Assembly: GCA_963827355.1 (NCBI GenBank)
Contig: CAWHAS010000002.1
Span: forward strand, 63,493 to 127,492
Length of the DNA: 64,000 nt
Source of the DNA: an uncultured Gemmatimonadaceae bacterium
Lineage (GTDB): Bacteria > Gemmatimonadota > Gemmatimonadetes > Gemmatimonadales > Gemmatimonadaceae
Reading direction: 5' to 3'
The translations under genes and the position numbers were made by a program. Shown in pieces: positions 19,459 through 30,385 of the stretch. Every line of letters starts with the position of its first letter. Within the stretch, counting starts at the first letter, position 1. Below the pieces are notes generated by a model. The model had not been told where the DNA came from. It did no database searches and saw only the letters and a program-made list of their open reading frames with translations.

Positions 19459-20584
19459 ATGAAACCCTTCAAGCGAGGGACCCGGCCGTCATTCTATATC
19501 CAAGCCCGGACCTCGAACGGCTCCCGCCGTCAGCTATGCACCGGAACCACGAGTCGCGCCTTGGCGACGAAGATCGAGGCGATGTGCGAGCAGCTCGCGG
19601 TAGCAGATCGCGCGTGGGACTTGCTCGACGCGGTATTTAATCACCGCCTTCCATTGGCGAGACTCTATGATCTGTGGATTGATAGCCGGTATGACGTCAT
19701 TGAGGTTCGCCGGAGATTGGAAGATCACGACGTCGAACGACGCGTCGAAGAGTGGTACCAAAGACATTGCAGAAACGTTAAAGCAGACAGTGCGGCGCAT
19801 GCCCTCGCTCATGTGCGCCGGTTCTTCCCTGAGGGTGTGCCCTGCCCCGCGTCTCGTGTCACACCCATGTGGCTAAGGTCAGAGGCTTTACGATTATACC
19901 GGCAAGCGAAACACGTTGCGAAAGGTGCATAGCTCCATATCTGTGTTTCTCGACTACTGCACGAGACCAGTAGGCATATTTGCCGAAAATCCTATGAACC
20001 TTGTTGACCGCCCCACCCTAGAGCGGTCTCCAATTCGATTCTACGATCTCGATACGGTTGAGAGGATTACTGGAGCCCAAGAGAGTGAGGCGAGGCGTGT
20101 GTTCTTCACACTCGCGTACGGCACGGCCATAGAGGTATCTACTGCCCTCCGACTTACCCGCGCCGACGTGATGACAGAGGCGCGAGAGATTCGCGCGGCT
20201 GGTACGAAGGCCTATTCGCGAGATCGAATGTGCCGCGTCGCAGGATGGGCATGGCCTGCGCTCGAAGCTTACTGCAAGCACATGCTACCGACTGCTCGTC
20301 TGTTCCCGATTGCATGGACGCGATGGACCGTGAGCGACTGGCACCGCCAGACTGTAATTCGGCTCGGGCTCGCGATCTATCCTCTGCACTGCGCGCGAGA
20401 TCATTGGGCTGTGCGGGCTCTCAGAGCGAGCGCTCCCGTCGCCGTTGTCCAGCAGCAGCTCGGGCATTCAAGTCCGATGCTAACGCTCACCAAGTACGGC
20501 CGTTTCATTCCCACCGCGGCCGATAGGAACGAATGGGAGCGCAGGGCAACGGAGCAGGATGAGCGAATCAGAGCGGCGAAATGA
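19459..20584 (+). CDS. int: Tyrosine recombinase / phage-type integrase, frame broken once
   Basis: ORFs 19459..19932 and 19916..20584 are collinear, with the shift near 19900-19930. The catalytic region reads AIEVSTALRLTRADV (Arg), LHCARDHWAVRAL (H-x-x-R) and LGHSSPMLTLTKYGRF (His..Tyr). The gene lies next to the target tRNA. Confidence 0.8.
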
Positions 20585-20657
20585 GCAGTCCTAGTGCCGC
20601 TGGTGGTGCCAGCCTAATCTCAACTAGAGAGGGAGTGATGCTAAGTCGTTGTGTTTC

Positions 20658-20702
20658 AAATAGCAGGGGCGGGACTCGAACCCGCGACCCCGGCATTATG
20701 AG
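20658..20702. repeat. att repeat, proximal copy (inside the intact tRNA-Met gene)
   Basis: Identical to 15032..15076. It covers the tRNA from the anticodon loop to the discriminator, plus 3 nt. Confidence 0.9.
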
Positions 20703-20734
20703 TGCCGTGCTCTAACCAGCTGAGCTACCCTGCC
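20661..20734 (-). tRNA. tRNA-Met (anticodon CAT), elongator type; Ile2 (lysidine) identity cannot be excluded
   Basis: Minus-strand sequence: GGCAGGGTAGCTCAGCTGGTTAGAGCACGGCACTCATAATGCCGGGGTCGCGGGTTCGAGTCCCGCCCCTGCTA. It folds as a cloverleaf with a 7-bp acceptor stem (G1-U72), a CTCATAA anticodon loop and a GCGGG/CCCGC T-stem. It lacks the initiator GGG/CCC anticodon stem. No CCA is encoded. Confidence 0.9.
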
Positions 20735-20762
20735 CCGCTCGATTTTCCGAACGAGACACAAT

Positions 20763-21459
20763 TTAACGAATCTCAGCCCCGTCGCCTACACGCCCCGCGC
20801 GATCCGCGCAGTCTATGGGTCGCGAGGACTCCGCGGCGCCGATCTCGATCACGCACGTGCCCGAGTCGTCGCGCGCGCCCGCGCACGACACCGTATCTCC
20901 ATCCTTCGACAGCACCACTCGTCCCGCGATTCGAACGCGCGCCCGCGGCAGCGTTCGTGGCAACACCAGCGAATAGCTCGCCACCGAGCCCTCATTGTCG
21001 ACGACGACGCCGCTGGGCGTCAGCGCGTAGTGCGCCTCGCCGTTCGACCCGGTCTGCGCCAGCAGCACCGTGCCCACATCGACCCACCTCACCTGTAGCG
21101 CACCAGACGCCTGCACCGCGCGAAAGTCGACATCCACCTGCGCGCCCGGCGCGAAGGAGATGCCGCGCGAGGCAGCGTCGCTCGCAGCCGGCGCCGGCAC
21201 GACCGTGGCAGGAGACTGCGTCACGCGAGTCGAGGAGCCGCTCGGCGTATCGATTCAGGAATGTGCCAGGCACGCTCGCCGCCGCGACACCTGCCACCGC
21301 GAGGAGTGCCGCGGCCGCGATGAGCAGATCGGGTCGTCCCGATCGCGTGCGTGCGCGCGCGATCACATCGTTCACATTCACCACTGGCATTCGGTGATCG
21401 ATGGATGCCAGCAGCCGGCTCAGCTCCGCGTCGGCGAACTGCTCGTTAGAGTCGGGCAT
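20763..21459 (-). CDS. Anti-sigma-factor-like membrane protein, frame broken once
   Basis: MPDSNEQFADAELSRLLASIDHRMP.. is followed by a single TM helix (DLLIAAAALLAVAGVAAASV) in the frame of ORF 20992..21816. It continues in ORF 20763..21224 (periplasmic part) after a shift near 21230. It lies immediately downstream of the ECF sigma gene. Confidence 0.5.
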
Positions 21460-22163
21460 CCGTGCTCCGGGTTCGGGGATATTTTCTGCATCGATTCGTA
21501 CGCGCTGCGAAATGCGGTCTTCGCTCGTGACAACAACGATCCCACGCTTCCTTCGGCGAGATCGAGCGCGACCGACAGCTCGCGATAGCTGTAGCCCTCC
21601 TCGCGGAGCAGAAGTAGCGCACGGTCGCGCGGCGGCAGCAGCTCGAGCGCCCGCCGAACGAGCATCCGTCGCTCCGCCGACAGCACATCTTCCTCCGGCG
21701 AGGGCGCGGCGTCGGCCATTAGTTCTCCCGACGCGAACCGCCGCAGCAGCCGCTGCTTGCGTGCCCTTCCTCGCTGTTCGTCCCGCGCCTGGTTGAGCGC
21801 TACCGAGACGAGCCACGCGCGTAGATCATCCGGCATCGCACCTCTCCGATAGAGGCGAACGAACGTCTCCTGCGCTATGTCGGACGCCAGCCCCGAATCG
21901 CCGAGGTACCGGTCGACGATCCGGAATAGCTCCGCGAATCGCGCCGCGAACGCCGCGCGAAATTCCGCATCGAAGGTGATCGCGGCGGTCGATTGAACGG
22001 GCGCGCTTTTCAGGGGAGTTACCGCGTCCTGTGCGAGCGTCTGTTGTTGTGCGACGAGGTCGTCTCCAGCGCGATCGATAGTCCGCCTTGCGACGAGCGT
22101 GCGGTCGCCGCCCGTCGTATTGGGAGCGTGCGGGCGTGCTCGTTTGTGACAACGAACGCCCAA
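21420..22163 (-). CDS. ECF-type RNA polymerase sigma factor
   Basis: Region 2 reads LASDIAQETFVRLYRRG..LRAWLVSVALNQARDEQR. Region 4 reads LPPRDRALLLLREEGYSYRELSVALDLAEGSVGSLLSRAKTAF. The true start is probably downstream of 22163. The 3' end overlaps the anti-sigma start. Confidence 0.8.
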   Translation of the reverse strand: MGVRCHKRARPHAPNTTGGDRTLVARRTIDRAGDDLVAQQQTLAQDAVTPLKSAPVQSTAAITFDAEFRAAFAARFAELFRIVDRYLGDSGLASDIAQETFVRLYRRGAMPDDLRAWLVSVALNQARDEQRGRARKQRLLRRFASGELMADAAPSPEEDVLSAERRMLVRRALELLPPRDRALLLLREEGYSYRELSVALDLAEGSVGSLLSRAKTAFRSAYESMQKISPNPEHGCPTLTSSSPTRS

Positions 22164-22175
22164 GTCATGCCTTGA

Positions 22176-24517
22176 TCAGTACTTCCACTCGAGGCCGAAG
22201 GTGGCGCTCCGCCGCGGAAGGAGCAGAAGTCCGGGTGCACCGGCCGGCGCCGCGAGCATCCCGAGCGCGTTGCCGCGATCGAAGAGATTCGTGAGCCCGA
22301 CGCTCGTCGTGAGGCCGCTTTCGCGCCCGAACAGCCGCAGACGCCAGTCGTGTCTGACGCCGACGTCGAAGCGGACGTACGCCGGCAACCGCGCGGCATC
22401 CAAGGCGCCCACGATGCGCTGCGGTGAACCGGCGAGATCGCCCTGTCCGGCGGACGACGTATACGGCGTCCACTCGATTGGATCCGAATAGAGACTGGTC
22501 GGCGCACCGCCGTGCACGGCCACGGCCAGGCGCAACACCGTCGATGGCTCTACGCGCAGGCCCACGGCCGCCATCGCCGACTGCGCGGTTCCGTACGACG
22601 GCGTGTAGGAGAGTCCACCAGCTCTCTGCGTCACCGACGACAGCGAATATCCGATCTCGCCCGTCACCCGCTCTCCCTCGCGCGCCAGCAGCACGGACAG
22701 TCCGTTCGCGCGCGCGCTCCCGACATCGAACGCGGTCGTCGCGAATGGCTGCGCGGTAACGGGAGCCACCAGCACGAGTCCCGACACATCGCGCCAGTAC
22801 GCGGTGGCGCGCAGCGTGAGCGATTGCGAGAGACGAGCATCTGCCGTCGCGGTCAACTGATCGGCCTGCGCCACCGGCACCACGGCGCCGTTGAAGTTCG
22901 AGCCAGCGATGGCAGGGAGCGAAATGCCGGCGATGGCGTCGAACAACGATTCCTCGTTGCGCAACGACTGCACGTACTGGTGCAATCGTGCATAGCTCAG
23001 GCCGAACGACAGAGCGGAGCCGGGTGAGAATCGCGCCGAGAGCCGCGGCTCGAGACCCGTGCGCGCCGGCGCCACGAGCGCGTCGCGCACCCCCGCCGCG
23101 AACGCCCAGCGCTCGCCCACGCTCCACTGCGCCTCGCCAAACGCCGACAACAGCAGCGGCGTATTCGCGAGCGCGAGCGGTGCCGCCACGCCAGTCGCGG
23201 TGTTCGTGACGTCGTAGCGCACATCGTAGCGATCTGCGCTCACACCGCTCTGCAAGTGCGCACCGGCCCACATCCACGACGCGCTCGCGGCCGCCCCGAG
23301 ATCTTCGAGGCTGTTCCTGAGACGCGAGGTGCCAGCCCACGCAAAGTCGGCGTCGAACTGCGTGCGCCACGCGCGCAGCTCCCAGCGCGTTTCCCCGTCG
23401 GAGTGCCAGCGCAGCGCGTCCGTTCCGGTGTTCCAGACAAGCGCGTTCATCATCTGCTGCGGCGCCTGTGCCCCATCGAGATCGCTCTCCACTCGCGAAT
23501 CAACCGGTCGCCGGAAATTGGAGCATCCGCCTCCGCCGTTGCATCGAAGGACAGCCGGTCCTTGCTGTGAAACGCGAACGCCTCGAGCTCGCCTCCGCGC
23601 GTGGGCATCGTGAATCTCGCGAACAGGTCGCCGAACTCCGCGCCGCCAATGGAGCCCGAGGGCGAATCCGAGAGCGAGGCATCGAGACTGCGACGGAGCG
23701 CAACGAGGAAGGTGCCGTTGTGAATGGCGAGCGGCCCACTCACCTCCTCGCGCAACGAGCGCGCGCCGAACGCGCCGCGCGTCTCGATGCGCGTCGTATC
23801 CGCGGGCATGGTGGCGAGACCGATCACGCCGGCCGTCGCATCGCCCTGCGCGGCACTCGGCGCGCCGCGAGCGAGCGAGACGCTCGAGATCACGTCGGGG
23901 TTGAGCGCGGTGAGTGCGCCCGTGGAGTGGTAGGGGTTGAACACCGGCACGCCATCAATCGATATGCCGTTCTCCGATGCCCCGCCGCCGAACACGTGCA
24001 GCGATGTCGGCGCCTCGTCGCGCGCGCCCGCGAGCCCGCGCGACGCGAGGCTCTGCAGCGCATCGGCGCTCGCGAGCGCCGGATCGTCGTGAAGTTGGGC
24101 ACCAGACACGACCGTGGATTCGAATCCGCTTCGTTCGAGAAGCGTGGTCGGTCGCAGTGTGGCACTATCGCGATCGAACGCCGCACTGACTCGCAGCTCG
24201 CTGAGTCGCTCCGGGCGCGGCACGAGCACGATGTCGACGACGACGCGCGGCGACGTGTTGAGGAAGACGTCGAGCTCGCGCGGATCAAACCCGATGCGAC
24301 TCACTCGAAGGTGATAGGTGCCGGAGGGCAATCCCGGCAGCGCGTACCGCCCCGCCGAATCCGTGAGCACGCGTATCGCCGAGTCGGGGGCCGCGGCGCT
24401 CGTGATCTCGATCAGCGCCGCGACCACGGGAGCCGACGCGTCCGACGAACGCACGCTTCCCTCCAGCGACGCGACTCCAGTGGCATGGAGGAGGGCGAGG
24501 ACGAGGGCGAGGCTCAC
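22176..24517 (-). CDS. TonB-dependent-receptor-like outer-membrane protein with N-terminal carboxypeptidase-regulatory-like domain, frame broken once
   Basis: GTG start at 24517. The N-terminal domain reads SLEGSVRS..VLTDSAGRYALPGLPSGTYHLRVSRIGF. A plug-like segment reads LHVFGGGASENGISIDGVPVFNPYH. The remainder is a long beta-barrel with alternating pattern, ending in a terminal aromatic residue (..SATFGLEWKY). ORFs 23450..24517 and 22176..23492 join near 23460-23490. Confidence 0.7.
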
Positions 24518-24615
24518 CCACCAATTTAGGGCTGCGCAGGATTACAAGACAGCCGCTGGCACCGCACAAATTTCGGTTCACGGAAGGAACTTTCGACGCC
24601 TCCCGCGTTTGAGCC

Positions 24616-25074
24616 TCAACCGATTGTTAGAATCCCCGTGCCGGGATCGTACTGCGAGCTGTACGAGGTGAGGCTCGAAGTTGGCTGTCCGCCCTCCCAC
24701 ATGCCGGAATCCGAGAATCGCGCACCGTGGTTGGGGCAGGTGAAGCCATTTCCGTTCGAGCTCACCGTGCCACCCTGGTGCGGGCAGATGCGAGAGACGA
24801 CGTCGAACGTATCGGCCCCCGTGCGTACCACCGCGAGTGGGTTGCCGCTTGCGGACACGTAGGCAACCCCGCCAATGTTTGCGAGCAATGGGTAATCGGA
24901 AACCGTCAGCGTCAGGCTCACGCTTCCCGGCGCCGTGGGACCGCCGCTTCCCATGCAACCGGCAAGCATGATGGCGACACCGGCGAGCGAACCCTGAATC
25001 ATGAATTGACGGCGCGACACGCACGTTGGCGCCGGCGCGACGAGTGGGAATTTTGACGCTTCCTTCTGCGACAT
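24616..25074 (-). CDS. Rieske [2Fe-2S] protein, Tat signal plus lipobox
   Basis: ATG 25074 is preceded by GGGAGAG. SRRQFMIQGSLAGVAIMLAGC combines a twin-arginine motif with a lipobox. Cluster ligands are CPHQGG and CPNHGARF. Confidence 0.8.
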   Translation of the reverse strand: MSQKEASKFPLVAPAPTCVSRRQFMIQGSLAGVAIMLAGCMGSGGPTAPGSVSLTLTVSDYPLLANIGGVAYVSASGNPLAVVRTGADTFDVVSRICPHQGGTVSSNGNGFTCPNHGARFSDSGMWEGGQPTSSLTSYSSQYDPGTGILTIG

Positions 25075-25088
25075 ACGACTCTCCCGCA

Positions 25089-25616
25089 TCAGTTTGACAG
25101 AGGCACTACGGCGGCGGTCCATGCCGCGCCGTCCTCGTCTTCCTTGAACATCTTGTCGACATCGACCACCAGGTCGGTGCCCTCCTTCGTGATCGCCAGG
25201 CGATCCATGCCACGAGTCGCGCGCCCCTCGATGAAGGTGCCGTCCGGTCGGTACTTCGAGTGATGCTTCGGGCACTGAAAGCGGTGGTCGGGGTCGTCCC
25301 ACCGAAGCGCGGTGTTCTGGTGCGGGCACGACAGGTTGAATGCGTACGCCATGTTCTGCCAACGCACGAGAATGACCTGGTTGTCCTTGTCGATCTGCAC
25401 GCCGTCTTCCGCGGGGATCGGGTATTTCACCCCATGCGTCGCCCGACGACGACCAGTGATCATGGCTACCGGTGCCGCGATCGCAGAGGTCTGATTCATT
25501 CCGACGGCAACGAGCGCGGCCGCCACGGCGAGCAGTGAATCGCGCAGAAAGGCACGGCGGCTCGCGGGCAGCGCGCAGTCAGAACAGTCATGGTCTTTCA
25601 TCGCTTTATCCGACAT
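25089..25616 (-). CDS. Rieske [2Fe-2S] protein with Tat signal
   Basis: SRRAFLRDSLLAVAAALVAV is a Tat signal. Cluster ligands are CPHQNTAL and CPKHHSKY. Confidence 0.8.
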   Translation of the reverse strand: MSDKAMKDHDCSDCALPASRRAFLRDSLLAVAAALVAVGMNQTSAIAAPVAMITGRRRATHGVKYPIPAEDGVQIDKDNQVILVRWQNMAYAFNLSCPHQNTALRWDDPDHRFQCPKHHSKYRPDGTFIEGRATRGMDRLAITKEGTDLVVDVDKMFKEDEDGAAWTAAVVPLSN

Positions 25617-25640
25617 ATGCCATCATCTCATCACGAGTCA

Positions 25641-26153
25641 TCAGATCGCGTTCTGCAGAATCACACCGGCAATCAGCGTCGCGGACCACAGCACGAGACT
25701 CATCCACGACACCGTTCGAAGACGCCCCCAGCGGCGCTGCGCGACATCCGCGAGCATGCCGCCCTTGCGAAGAGCTTCCTCCGCTTTCACCAGTACGGCG
25801 CCGTTCACCATGAGAGACACCACGAGCGCAATCTTGATCCAGAACATTGGGGCGGTGGCGAATGTCTTTACGTCGGCTGCCGCGAGCATGAAGCCCGTGA
25901 CCAGCATCACAGCCATGGAAATGAGCACGGGCCTGTGGATCTGGTGCAGCTCGAACAGCTGTCGCGTGCGTTCGCCGGCGTCCGCGCGCAAAGCCTGCAA
26001 CGTCTTTCGGTCGGCTGCGATCGCGAAACCTCCGCCAATGAACATCGCGAGCACGTGCGCGCCCACGACGATCGTCGAGATGACCTTCGAGTCGCTGTAC
26101 GCCGACTGCCATGGTGCGAGGATGTGCTCGAGCGTCTTGAGCAACGACGTCAT
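25641..26153 (-). CDS. Four-helix integral membrane protein (unknown family)
   Basis: A 170-aa ORF with four hydrophobic helices and conserved-looking His residues (GAHVLAMF, LHQIHRPV). It is in the same operon as the Rieske genes, with 4-25 nt gaps. Confidence 0.5.
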   Translation of the reverse strand: MTSLLKTLEHILAPWQSAYSDSKVISTIVVGAHVLAMFIGGGFAIAADRKTLQALRADAGERTRQLFELHQIHRPVLISMAVMLVTGFMLAAADVKTFATAPMFWIKIALVVSLMVNGAVLVKAEEALRKGGMLADVAQRRWGRLRTVSWMSLVLWSATLIAGVILQNAI

Positions 26154-26157
26154 CAGC

Positions 26158-26814
26158 TCAATTCCTCCACAGCCACATCATGCCCGTTCCGACCGCGCTC
26201 AGTGCGATCGTGCCGATCGCGATCGTGCAATGTCTTCGCGCGTTGACTAGCGATTTCTTCGCGCCGCTCGCGGAGAGTGCCGTCGCCACCATGCCAACGT
26301 CGGATGCGAGCATGATCACCGAGTGGATTTCGCGACGCGCGCGACCACTCGGATCCTTGCGCGCCTCCGCGAAATTCCACGCGCCGGTCACGGTGTTCGA
26401 AACGAAGACGACGCCGAGGGCGCCAGCAATGACGCTGTGCGTGGTCTTGAGGCTTCCCGAACGATTCGTACTCGTGAGCAGCTTGCCGATGAAGTACTCG
26501 CTGATGAACAGCGGAAGCATCGCGTAGGCACCGATCTGGTGGATCTTGAGTCGCGTGTGGTAGGCGTCGCTGTATTCGATCGCCCGTGGCCGGCCGGCCC
26601 TGAGGGTCGTGTCGGCCGACGCCGTCGTCGCGAGAAGCGAATCGTGCGACACCTCGAACGCAGAGGAGGTATCGGCGCGCGCGGCACCTTCTGACGTCGA
26701 ATCGCCGCTGACTTCATACGAGGTATCGCTTCGCGCGGTGAACATTGGCGCGGGCGCGACGATCGCCGGCGAAATATTCACCGCCAACAAAATGCTCGCG
26801 ACTGACAGGTACAC
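26158..26814 (-). CDS. Integral membrane protein with Ser/Thr/Asp-rich N-terminal region (unknown family)
   Basis: A 218-aa ORF. It starts with a signal/anchor helix, then an internal repeat DTSYEVSGDS / DTSSAFEVSHDS. Four helices follow, each starting near a His (YHTRLKIHQ, THSVIAG, IHSVIML, RRHCTIA). It is the first gene of the Rieske operon. Confidence 0.5.
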   Translation of the reverse strand: MYLSVASILLAVNISPAIVAPAPMFTARSDTSYEVSGDSTSEGAARADTSSAFEVSHDSLLATTASADTTLRAGRPRAIEYSDAYHTRLKIHQIGAYAMLPLFISEYFIGKLLTSTNRSGSLKTTHSVIAGALGVVFVSNTVTGAWNFAEARKDPSGRARREIHSVIMLASDVGMVATALSASGAKKSLVNARRHCTIAIGTIALSAVGTGMMWLWRN

Positions 26815-26908
26815 GTGAGTCTCCCGGAAGGCGTCATTCGGGGAGCGCGCCGCGCAGGCCTTTTGTGACAGAGACTCGTTGTGGGAACGGAAGGGTCCGG
26901 CAACGACA

Positions 26909-26936
26909 AAGGCCGGTCCACATCGGGACCGGCCTT
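26909..26936 (-). terminator. Rho-independent terminator of tRNA-fMet
   Basis: A perfect 11-bp stem (AAGGCCGGTCC / GGACCGGCCTT) with a 6-nt loop lies 8 nt downstream of the tRNA. On the minus strand it is followed by TGTCGTTG. Confidence 0.6.
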
Positions 26937-26944
26937 CATCGAAA

Positions 26945-27018
<74 letters not shown>

Positions 27019-27055
27019 CCAGAACGCTAAATATCCCGGGAATCGCGGACCCGTG

Positions 27056-27358
27056 TCAAGGTTTGCGGGCGCTATCCGGCTCCGCGAATCGATACAGAAT
27101 CTCCTTGTTGCCGCGCACCATTCCGAACTCCTCGCGCGCGATCCGCTCCTGCACCGCTGGATCCGCCTGCACGGCCTTCTTCACCCTCGCGAGCGAGTCG
27201 ATCTCGTGGCGCAGCGAGTCCATTCCCGCACGCATGCGCTTCGCGCGCGAGCGTTGACCCAGCAGCGCCGTCGTGCTGTATTCCCCGCCCTGCAGCGCGT
27301 ACACCAGCACGACCGCGCCGATCGCGATCCAGATGAGCCGACTCAACTGCTCGCGCAC
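27056..27358 (-). CDS. ftsB: Septum formation initiator (FtsB/DivIC family)
   Basis: A 100-aa protein with one TM helix (LIWIAIGAVVLVYAL), a coiled coil, and the C-terminal IAREEFGMVRGNKEILYRF. It occupies the conserved position downstream of eno. Confidence 0.75.
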   Translation of the reverse strand: MREQLSRLIWIAIGAVVLVYALQGGEYSTTALLGQRSRAKRMRAGMDSLRHEIDSLARVKKAVQADPAVQERIAREEFGMVRGNKEILYRFAEPDSARKP

Positions 27359-27379
27359 GCGTCCTCTCCTGTTCGCCGC

Positions 27380-29450
<2,071 letters not shown>

Positions 29451-29452
29451 GT

Positions 29453-30385
29453 TCAGGAAAAGTGGCGGAACCCCTCGGCGCGCGCCAGCCGCTCGCCGTT
29501 CATCCGCACGGAGACGCCGATACCGTCCGGGATCGGCTCGAGCACGCGCCCCACCGCCGTGAGCGAGAGGTGATTTGCGCGCTCGAACGCGGACACGTTC
29601 AGCGCGGCGGCGCACACGATGAGCTCGTACTCCTCGCCACTCACGGCCGCATCGTGCGCACTCACTCCCTCGTGCAGCGGAAGCTGGTCGAGATCGATCT
29701 GTATGCGCACGCCACTGCCCACCGCCATGTGCTCGGCGTCGGCGAGCAGCCCATCCGAGATGTCGATCGCCGCGCGCGCGCCGCCGCGCGCGAGCCAGAT
29801 CGCCTCCGCAATGCGCGCGACGGGATGCGCAAAGCGTTCGCGCGCTTCCTGCGCTGGTGTGTCGCCGCGCTGCCACGCCGCGAGCGCTGCGCCGGGACCC
29901 CCGAGCGTTCCGGTGACGTACACCGTGTCTCCCAGGCGCGCACCGTTGCGGCGCAGCGGTGTGGCCGTGCTGCCGAGGACTGTGAATCCGAGCGTCAGAT
30001 CGCTCGCGCCGGTGATGTCGCCGCCGCGCACGATCGTCTTCGCGCGATCGAGGGCGTCGCCGACGCCGTCGCCGATCTCGCCGACTTCGTCGAGCCACGA
30101 CCTCGGAAGCCCGAGCGCGAGGAGAACGCCGAGCGGCCATGCGGCCATCGCGGCGAGATCGCTGAGCGCGGCCATCGTGGCGCGATAGCCGATCTCGCGC
30201 GGCGTGAGCCAGGCGCGCTCGAAGTGAATGTGCTCCACCGATGTATCGGCGCTCGCGACGAGGTGCTCGCCCGCCGGCACGTCGAGGAGCGCCGCATCAT
30301 CGCCGATGCCCGTCGCGCGCGCGCCCCACCGCGCGAGGAGAGCGCGAATGATGTCGAACTCGCGGCCCGGGCCGAGCTCGATCAC
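29453..30385 (-). CDS. thiL: Thiamine-monophosphate kinase
   Basis: EFDIIRALLARWG..GIGDDAALLDVP..LVASADTSVEHIHF.., with AIR-synthase-like N and C domains. GTG 30385 overlaps the nnr stop (GTGA). The reading frame is intact. Confidence 0.8.
   Translation of the reverse strand: MIELGPGREFDIIRALLARWGARATGIGDDAALLDVPAGEHLVASADTSVEHIHFERAWLTPREIGYRATMAALSDLAAMAAWPLGVLLALGLPRSWLDEVGEIGDGVGDALDRAKTIVRGGDITGASDLTLGFTVLGSTATPLRRNGARLGDTVYVTGTLGGPGAALAAWQRGDTPAQEARERFAHPVARIAEAIWLARGGARAAIDISDGLLADAEHMAVGSGVRIQIDLDQLPLHEGVSAHDAAVSGEEYELIVCAAALNVSAFERANHLSLTAVGRVLEPIPDGIGVSVRMNGERLARAEGFRHFS

Larger units (their letters stand above)
15032..20702. mobile_element. Integrative element (~5.7 kb) inserted in tRNA-Met(CAU), bounded by 45-bp direct repeats
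   Basis: A perfect 45-bp repeat occurs at 15032..15076 and 20658..20702. The right copy is the 3' part of the intact tRNA and the left copy is an orphan 3' half. The interior encodes int, xis, a cI-like repressor, an HUH Rep and low-GC cargo. A 60-nt sample at 17401 is 50% GC, versus about 70% in the flanks. Confidence 0.85.

Noticed and set aside
15032-20702. Interpretation as a prophage or an ICE
   Set aside because: At 5.7 kb there is no room for capsid, terminase, tail, relaxase, T4SS or FtsK-like transfer genes, and none is seen. I therefore call it only an integrative element.
22165-23370. 401-aa ORF overlapping the outer-membrane receptor gene
   Set aside because: It is an Arg-rich alternative frame of the same strand, while the receptor frame shows beta-barrel periodicity and a terminal aromatic residue.
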